58,644 nucleotides of DNA from Oligoflexales bacterium (GTDB lineage: Bacteria; Bdellovibrionota_B; Oligoflexia; Oligoflexales; CAIYRB01). A program made the translations under genes and the position numbers. Below the pieces are notes generated by a model that was not told the origin of the DNA, did no database searches, and saw only the letters and a program-made list of their open reading frames with translations. Position 1 is the first letter of the stretch, and each line of letters opens with the position of its first letter. The stretch spans positions 1-58,644 of the forward strand of contig JBGSUI010000070.1 of NCBI GenBank assembly GCA_041736175.1, in the 5' to 3' direction. Positions 52,343-58,644 of this stretch are shown here, one piece after another.

Positions 52343-53422
52343 ATGAAAAAGTTTATTGGTTTTTGGGTCATATTATCCGGTGTATTCTTTATCAGCACCC
52401 AAATGGCTCCGAGTTCTTCGGTCACCATGGTCTCTAAGGAATCATCGCGAGTGATTTTAGTGACTATCGATGGAGTCAGGCGAGAGGAACTTTCTGGCAA
52501 TCTGGATTTAGATTTAGACCCACGGGTCAAAGAAGCATACGATCCGATGCCTTTTTTTAACCAAACCTTGCGAAAATTAGGTACGACCATTGGCACTTTA
52601 GGTTCAGAATCTATTATGACAGTCGCTAACACTGAAATGATCAGTCTTCCCGCTTACATGAGCATTATGGCCGGTCGACCCCAGCCGTGTTTTAGCAACG
52701 AGTGCGGCAGTATTTTTTTCACCCGCCCCCTTACGGAACGCCTGACTCAGGAACTCAAGTGGGACCGAAAAGACGTTGCCGTCATTGCCTCGTGGGAAAA
52801 TATCAAATATGCAGTGGAATCTGCTGAGGGCAACATCCTGGTAAGTGCAGGACCAACGGTTGTCGATCTAGGGGACGATGAGCAAAATCGGCTCCAAGAG
52901 GCGGCTAAGGGGGATCTCCCCCCGTGGGCCCATGCTCGCTGGGACTCTTATACAATGGAGTTAGCTAGGGAGTATTGGCGCAAAAACCAGCCAAAATTTC
53001 TCTATGTCGCACTCAATGATACCGATGAATGGGGGCACAAGGGGCAGTACTTGGAGCATTTACAAGCGCTCACCAATATTGACCATTTTTTGGACCAGTT
53101 GGTCAATGATGTGATCGAACAGGATCGCCGGGATCAGCAGCGGACTTGTCTCCTTATCACCACCGACCACGGTCGTGGTTTAGGACAGAAATGGACAACC
53201 CACAGCAACGGCGCTCTCTACTCGGGGCTAATCTGGGCATATGCCACCTGTCATCTGGCAAAAGACCTTGGGCACCGAGCGGCAACGGAACCAGAGCCCC
53301 GGGAAGACTTCCTGCCAAAGTCCTATAGTCATCTTGATATTCGACCAACTCTTGAAACTTGGCTGGGGCTGACCCCTCGAACCTGCCTCCTATGTGGCCA
53401 TCCAATCGAACCATTTTTATAG
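52343..53422 (+). CDS. Alkaline-phosphatase-superfamily protein
   Basis: LVTIDGVR, DTDEWGH, TTDHGRG. Confidence 0.85.
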   Translation: MKKFIGFWVILSGVFFISTQMAPSSSVTMVSKESSRVILVTIDGVRREELSGNLDLDLDPRVKEAYDPMPFFNQTLRKLGTTIGTLGSESIMTVANTEMISLPAYMSIMAGRPQPCFSNECGSIFFTRPLTERLTQELKWDRKDVAVIASWENIKYAVESAEGNILVSAGPTVVDLGDDEQNRLQEAAKGDLPPWAHARWDSYTMELAREYWRKNQPKFLYVALNDTDEWGHKGQYLEHLQALTNIDHFLDQLVNDVIEQDRRDQQRTCLLITTDHGRGLGQKWTTHSNGALYSGLIWAYATCHLAKDLGHRAATEPEPREDFLPKSYSHLDIRPTLETWLGLTPRTCLLCGHPIEPFL

Positions 53423-54361
53423 AGCTGAATTAATCAGGTTGAGGGCTAGCTGGGAGTTGATATTCCCTTGGGCGAGGGCTGCCGTGCTGGCCTGCATCAG
53501 GATACGGCTTTCCACAAGCCGTGAGACTTCTTTGGCATAGTCCACATCGGCAATCGAAGATTTCGCTGCAGCGATGTTTTCCTGATAGACGTCGATATAA
53601 TCTAGGGTGCGATGCATGCGGGCTTGAAGCCCACCAAAAACCGCCCGTTGGGTCGAGAGGGTGTTTAGGGCTTGGTCGTAGATTGTGGTAAACAACTCAT
53701 CATCCTCCGGGGCCATCAGATCTTGAATATCCTCAAGGGCGAGGCCTTCTTCATCGCTCGTATCGAGGAGCAGCTCGCGAGCACTTTTGATACCTAAGCC
53801 GCCGGTGGTGGCCACGACCGATTTAAGCCCCTTGAGTTTGATTATATTGATATCGATGGTTTCATCGTCGACCAGTTCGGCGGGTGCCTGGGTGGCATCT
53901 CCTACCCTAAAAACCAGTTCTTCCAGAGCTTTCGGGTCGTTTCCATTGAGGAGCGGAATCCCGTTAAACTCGGTGGTCGCTGCGATACGGTTGACCTCGT
54001 CGTGGAGAGCTTCAAACTCGATAAACAAAAATTTACGTTCCCGGTCGCTGACGGTGGTGTTGGCCGCGGCGATATTGATTTCCTTCATTCTTAAGACCAT
54101 ATTGGTAATTTCGTTAAGCCCAGACTCGGCCGTTTGCAAGAGATTGACTGCGCTGTTGATGTTGCGTTTGGAGCCGGCGAGACTTCGAAGCTTAAACTCT
54201 AAGCCTTCAGCGAGTGCCCGGTCTGTGGGTCGTGGGTCGTTGCGGCTAAAGACCTGACCCGAGCTGAGCTTTTCCAGAGAGTCGGCATTGGCCTTTTGGG
54301 CCTTGCTTAGATGACGCTCAAGGGTCTCGGTGAGAGCTTTATCTTTAATATTAAAGGCCAA
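53417..54361 (-). CDS. Flagellin (divergent paralog)
   Basis: LEKLSSG, LLQTAESGL, TEFNGIPLL, SSIADVDYAKE. Confidence 0.88.
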   Translation of the reverse strand: MAFNIKDKALTETLERHLSKAQKANADSLEKLSSGQVFSRNDPRPTDRALAEGLEFKLRSLAGSKRNINSAVNLLQTAESGLNEITNMVLRMKEINIAAANTTVSDRERKFLFIEFEALHDEVNRIAATTEFNGIPLLNGNDPKALEELVFRVGDATQAPAELVDDETIDINIIKLKGLKSVVATTGGLGIKSARELLLDTSDEEGLALEDIQDLMAPEDDELFTTIYDQALNTLSTQRAVFGGLQARMHRTLDYIDVYQENIAAAKSSIADVDYAKEVSRLVESRILMQASTAALAQGNINSQLALNLINSAL

Positions 54362-54372
54362 TGACTTTCCTC

Positions 54373-56349
54373 TTAAAGATCCAGCTCGCTACGGGCATCG
54401 ATAAAGACCTCGGGGTCACCTTGGGATGATGGAGTACTGGGATGGTTGCGGATGGGTAAAACCTGGGTTTGAGAGGGCTGCATTTTAAGTTTTCCTAAAG
54501 AGTCTGCTGTTTTGTGGACAACCTCCAAGAGACCGCTCGCCTCGTGGGGGATCGACGACAGGGCCGATTTACCTGAGGCGTTGAGGGCGACGGCTCGGAC
54601 GGTGCTTTTGAGACCACCACTTGCGTGCAGAGCAAGGCCTGCGTGAAGTTTCAAGGTGTTCATGGACGCTATCGAGCACTCTAGAAAATGCTTGAGTTGG
54701 ACTGTCTCTAGATGATCGCGATTGATGGCACGGGTGATCCGATCCACGTGGGTGACGGCAAGGTTGATATCGGTGACCAGCTTGTTGGAGGATTCCGCGC
54801 TGTCGGCTTGAATTTTGGTGATCTGATCAAGGAATTTTCCAATGGAGGAGCTTTCGCTGATGGTTTGTTTTGATTGAGCGCCTAGAATTTCCATACGTCG
54901 ATGGAGGATCGCTAGTTCGGTCAAGCTTTTGGAGATCCCTTGGGTTGAGATATCGTGGGTCTGGCCAAAATGCTCTAGGGATTTAGTGGCACGGCTTACT
55001 GAAGAGTTGCCCGTCGTTAGTCGGGTAGACGCCTGCTCTGCTTCGCTTTGTATGGTGACCAGAAGGGCTGTGATCGACCGGGTTGCCGTGCTTGAGCGGC
55101 CGGCAAGCTTGCGGACTTCATCAGCGACGACGGCAAACCCTTGGCCCTGCTCACCTGCCCGCGCGGCTTCGATCGAGGCATTGAGGGCGAGGAGGTTGGT
55201 TTGTTCGGCGATATCATCGATGACGTCGATGATATTCACAATCTCTTTGGCACGGGTCGATAGGAGTTGGACCAGCTCCGATGCCATCATAACGTCTGAC
55301 TGGCAGGTTTCTATAGCTTGGTGGGTTTCTTTGAGTTCGTCGTTTCCAAAGCGATTTTGGTTTTCCAAAATCCTGATTTGATTCATAATCTCCTCTAGCT
55401 TGGAGCTTAAGGGGTTCACTTGGCTTTCCGATGATTTGTAGCGTACCATCGTCCCTTCAATGCTTTTTCGAAGGAGCCTTGACGTGGTCGCAAATCGGTC
55501 CTGGAGCTGCCTAAGGCTCATCATAGCGTGACTGATAAGGTTCCACTGGGTTCGTGTGGCCATGGCCAAATTTGCGTGATCGAGGATATGTTGGTTGGTA
55601 TCGAGGGTGATCTTATAGGCCTCTTGGAGGAGCGCCATCAACCCTTCGACCTCTTTTAATATGGCCCAGTTGGTGACGTTGACCTCGGTGGCGTCCGTTA
55701 GGGCGATTTGGTCTAGGCCCCTAAACTCAGTGTCTTGGGTCGGGGTGTTTGAGTGGATCGATTTTTGGTAGACCTGTGCCGCAGTCCTAAGATTGCGGAC
55801 GAGGTCTTGCATCTCTGTGGGGCTGGTCGGTAAGTCTAGGGAGGGGGTGGTGGAGATTGGGGAATCTTCTAGATGGGGACCCGGAGTCAAGTCAGCAGGG
55901 TTTTTAGGACTGGATTTTAGGTCCGTACCGAGGGTGGGTGGTGGCGGTTGGAGCTGGGGTGCGGTGGAGGTGGCGGTTTGATCGTCCTCAGGGGAATGTC
56001 GTTGTGATCTTTTAAAGCGTTTGCTACCAAGGCCAAGGGTGGTCAGATGACAGACCAACAAAAAAACGTTGAGCCCAAGGAGCAACAGGACCAAAGCTTT
56101 GGGGATTAGGGTCTGGTCGGCGACCAGGTTTTCGATGGCAGAGGCTAACTGGGTGACGGTGGCCGCAGGGATCGTTGTAAAGTTTCCAGGGAGAGCCAGA
56201 AACTCTCTGGTCAGCCCCACCAGTTCGGCCTGGCGACTGCGATGGAGGAACCCTAGTCCAAGGAGATCTAGGAGAACCCAGAGGGAGGCACTTGCAGCCA
56301 GCAAAGCAGCGAGGGCAAAGATTCGGTAAAATGTCGTGATGACAGTCAT
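54373..56349 (-). CDS. Methyl-accepting chemotaxis protein
   Basis: [37 protein letters not shown]; two N-terminal TM segments. Confidence 0.93.
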   Translation of the reverse strand: MTVITTFYRIFALAALLAASASLWVLLDLLGLGFLHRSRQAELVGLTREFLALPGNFTTIPAATVTQLASAIENLVADQTLIPKALVLLLLGLNVFLLVCHLTTLGLGSKRFKRSQRHSPEDDQTATSTAPQLQPPPPTLGTDLKSSPKNPADLTPGPHLEDSPISTTPSLDLPTSPTEMQDLVRNLRTAAQVYQKSIHSNTPTQDTEFRGLDQIALTDATEVNVTNWAILKEVEGLMALLQEAYKITLDTNQHILDHANLAMATRTQWNLISHAMMSLRQLQDRFATTSRLLRKSIEGTMVRYKSSESQVNPLSSKLEEIMNQIRILENQNRFGNDELKETHQAIETCQSDVMMASELVQLLSTRAKEIVNIIDVIDDIAEQTNLLALNASIEAARAGEQGQGFAVVADEVRKLAGRSSTATRSITALLVTIQSEAEQASTRLTTGNSSVSRATKSLEHFGQTHDISTQGISKSLTELAILHRRMEILGAQSKQTISESSSIGKFLDQITKIQADSAESSNKLVTDINLAVTHVDRITRAINRDHLETVQLKHFLECSIASMNTLKLHAGLALHASGGLKSTVRAVALNASGKSALSSIPHEASGLLEVVHKTADSLGKLKMQPSQTQVLPIRNHPSTPSSQGDPEVFIDARSELDL

Positions 56350-56409
56350 GGAGATACCTCATGCAGATCTTAACCAAAAGGTTTGGCGGAAGGCCGGTTC
56401 CTTCTGGAG

Positions 56410-56436
56410 AGATCGGCAAAAGAGGTCGAGGTATTA
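56410..56436 (-). promoter_or_regulatory. Putative sigma28 promoter of MCP-flagellin
   Basis: TAATA-N14-GCCGATCT on the minus strand. Confidence 0.45.
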
Positions 56437-56523
56437 AGGTAAAGTGAGGCGAGCACCCGTAAAATCCGGGAACGAAACCGTCTTGATAAGTTTTAGCAGC
56501 CTAAAAGATCAAAGAAATTAAGT

Positions 56524-57003
56524 TTAATTTGTCGACTCTACCACATCTCGCTTGCCCCCGGATTTCTGCACCAAACTGATAGGGCCAATGACGATGTTAT
56601 GGGTTAAGGCTTTACCCATATCATAGACCGTCGCCGCGGCGACGCTGGCTCCGATGATTGCTTCCATCTCGACACCTGTGGGGCCACTGGTTTTAACGGT
56701 ACACTCGATTTGGAGCTGGTGTGGCTTGAGGACCGTTAGCTGAAACTTGCAGCTTTCGATCGCCAGAGGGTGACAAAATGGGATCAAGTCGCTGGTTTTT
56801 TTCGCTCCCAAGGTCCCGGCGATAATCGCTGTGGCAAAGACAGGACCTTTGGCGGTGTGGGCTCCGTGACCTTCGGCAAACAGGCCATACTCTTCGGGCA
56901 GGGTTACAAGGGCTCGGGCCGTCGCTTGGCGATGGGTGGATGGTTTGGTCGAGACATCGACCATGGTCGGTTGGTTTGCGGCGTCTAAGTGGCTGAGGTT
57001 CAT
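56524..57003 (-). CDS. moaC: Cyclic pyranopterin monophosphate synthase
   Basis: LSHLD...MVDVS, LIPFCHP, TGVEMEA, KSGG. Confidence 0.96.
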   Translation of the reverse strand: MNLSHLDAANQPTMVDVSTKPSTHRQATARALVTLPEEYGLFAEGHGAHTAKGPVFATAIIAGTLGAKKTSDLIPFCHPLAIESCKFQLTVLKPHQLQIECTVKTSGPTGVEMEAIIGASVAAATVYDMGKALTHNIVIGPISLVQKSGGKRDVVESTN

Positions 57004-57261
57004 GATTTCCTTGGGTGTTTTTATCAGCAAACAAGAGTGAGTCGCTGGATACCTGCGTCCACCGTCGGGATTAAAACCCATGGGATTGCTTGAGTCTACG
57101 GATAATGCTTAAGGTCACCTCAATTTTTCGGATATCGGGCCGACCCGTCTTTTTTTAACGCTTATCGGCCAAAATTTGATTTGTGAATCTGGCCGATTAC
57201 CATTAAAATTTGCCATGATTGGCCAAAAATGCTACAAAATTGTTGTAACAATAGGAAATCA

Positions 57262-57408
57262 ATGAAAAATCAGCTTCCATCAGCCACCCCGGGGATTATC
57301 GGTCGACGGCCAGAGCTTAACCACCTGGCCTCGATAGGCGCGTCAGGGAAGTCAGGTATCATCGTTGTCTACGGACGCCGTCGGGTTGGAAAAACCACAA
57401 TGAACTAA
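57262..57408 (+). pseudogene. Truncated ATPase_2/AAA ('archaeal ATPase'-like) gene
   Basis: Manual translation MKNQLPSATPGIIGRRPELNHLASIGASGKSGIIVVYGRRRVGKTTMN*; stops just after Walker A. Confidence 0.8.
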
Positions 57409-57614
57409 GCGCGCTCGCGCGCAGTCCTATCCCGAGCTTCCGGGTAGATTGTAGCTTTCCTTCGGGCATCATCTCGGCACATTTTATTCAATCCCTATCC
57501 CTCTGAATCTCAGACTCCATTGAAATATAGCTAATTTTTGCTGGATCAAAAAATTCCTCCTAAATGGGAAAATGTTTTTATTGAACCTAAAACATCCCAG
57601 TCAGGAGGTGCCCT

Positions 57615-58460
57615 TTGTCAGCCCTACGCCAACGAATGCTCGACGACCTACGGATCAGAAATCTTTCTGAAGGTACCCAAAAGGTCTACATCTCCGCAGT
57701 TGCTGATTTTGCAAAACACTTTTGGAAGTCGCCTGAAGCTCTCGGACCAGAGCAAATCCGATCCTACTTATTGTACCTGGTATCTTATAAATCTGTATCA
57801 AAAGCAAAGACAACGGTTAGTGCATTGCGCTTTCTTTATCGCCAAACCCTCCGTAAGGACTGGGACATTCTACTAGATCCTTTGCCAAAGTCCAAACGTA
57901 AACTTCCCGTAGTCCTTAGTATTTCCGAGGTCCGACGATTCTTCGATGCGCTTGAAAGTATCAAATACCGGGCCATTCTGATGACCATTTATGCTGGGGG
58001 CCTTCGAGCGTCAGAGGTAGTTAACTTAAAGGTCAGCGACATCGATAGTAGCAGGATGCAGATCCGCATTCGAGATGGGAAAAATGGCAAAGATCGAAAT
58101 GTTATGCTATCCCCCTCCTTATTATTGGTGCTCAGAGAATATTGGCGGATTGAAAGACCAGGGATGGACTGGCTTTTTCCTGGACAAGCGCCTGGTAACC
58201 CAATAAGCACTAATGCAGTAAGAGAAGTATGCAAGGAGGCGGCAAAAAAAGCTGGAATTTCTAAAAATACTAGCCTCCACACCTTAAGGCACTCCTTTGC
58301 CACCCATTTGCTTGAGGCAGGAGCTGATATTCGTTTGGTCCAAGTCCTACTAGGTCATCGGAGTTTACAAACAACAGCACTTTACACCCATGTTTCGCAA
58401 AGTACCATCAATGCGACGGAAAGTCCCTTAGAAGCTGTTTTAGCAGAAAAAAAGACTTAA
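57615..58460 (+). CDS. Tyrosine recombinase/integrase (SAM_4 N-domain)
   Basis: LRQRMLDDLRIRNLS, GLRASE, HTLRHSFATHLLE, LLGH..LQTTALY; AGGAGG SD. Confidence 0.95.
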   Translation: MSALRQRMLDDLRIRNLSEGTQKVYISAVADFAKHFWKSPEALGPEQIRSYLLYLVSYKSVSKAKTTVSALRFLYRQTLRKDWDILLDPLPKSKRKLPVVLSISEVRRFFDALESIKYRAILMTIYAGGLRASEVVNLKVSDIDSSRMQIRIRDGKNGKDRNVMLSPSLLLVLREYWRIERPGMDWLFPGQAPGNPISTNAVREVCKEAAKKAGISKNTSLHTLRHSFATHLLEAGADIRLVQVLLGHRSLQTTALYTHVSQSTINATESPLEAVLAEKKT

Positions 58461-58476
58461 TGGAGCATTGAAGGTT

Positions 58477-58644
58477 ATGACAGGGCTGACAGAAGTGCGT
58501 CCTAAGTACGAGGTGGCTGACGTTTTTCGACTTTTTGGTGATCGATACAAAAGCGATCATAGTCTCCCAAGCCATCATTTGAAGATCATGAAGAAAATTG
58601 AGCAGTGCCGGACGGCAGCTCTTGGTGGCCATTTGGAGCGCTGC
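58477..58644 (+). CDS. IS91-family transposase (N-terminus, partial)
   Basis: Manual translation MTGLTEVRPKYEVADVFRLFG...IEQCRTAALGGHLERC (IS91 Zn-binding domain). Confidence 0.9.
   Translation, partial: MTGLTEVRPKYEVADVFRLFGDRYKSDHSLPSHHLKIMKKIEQCRTAALGGHLERC

Larger units (their letters stand above)
57402..58644 (+). mobile_element. IS91-family element with associated tyrosine recombinase (continues beyond the window)
   Basis: Recombinase + Zn-finger transposase tandem; left junction inferred from the ATPase truncation at GAAC followed by a GCGCGC-TC-GCGCGC hairpin. Confidence 0.75.

Overview
Bacterial chromosomal window. Gene content (GTP-PEPCK, PilT, divergent flagellin, several sigma28-type promoters, many orphan lipoproteins) suggests Bdellovibrionota/Oligoflexia; this is inference. 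Positions ~8.9-57.0 kb are mostly housekeeping: nucleoside ABC transporter, pckG, recA, mraY, pilT, purA, hisS, hutU, serS, purEK, lepB, pgsA, nadB, flagellin/MCP and moaC. The highlight is an accessory island at 1-8.8 kb carrying a diversity-generating retroelement (DGR). A 1765-aa modular lipoprotein ends in a DUF1566/C-type-lectin-like domain whose variable repeat (6188-6319) matches an inverted template repeat (6586-6717, minus strand). Of 17 mismatches, 14 fall at template adenines. An avd-like gene precedes the TR, but only a 63-aa N-terminal stub of the reverse transcriptase remains between VR and TR. The target has a sigma28-like promoter. The island also holds two toxin-antitoxin pairs, an ISCR/IS91 transposase remnant and a ~94-bp direct repeat. 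At the right end, a tyrosine recombinase + IS91-transposase element appears to have truncated an ATPase gene.
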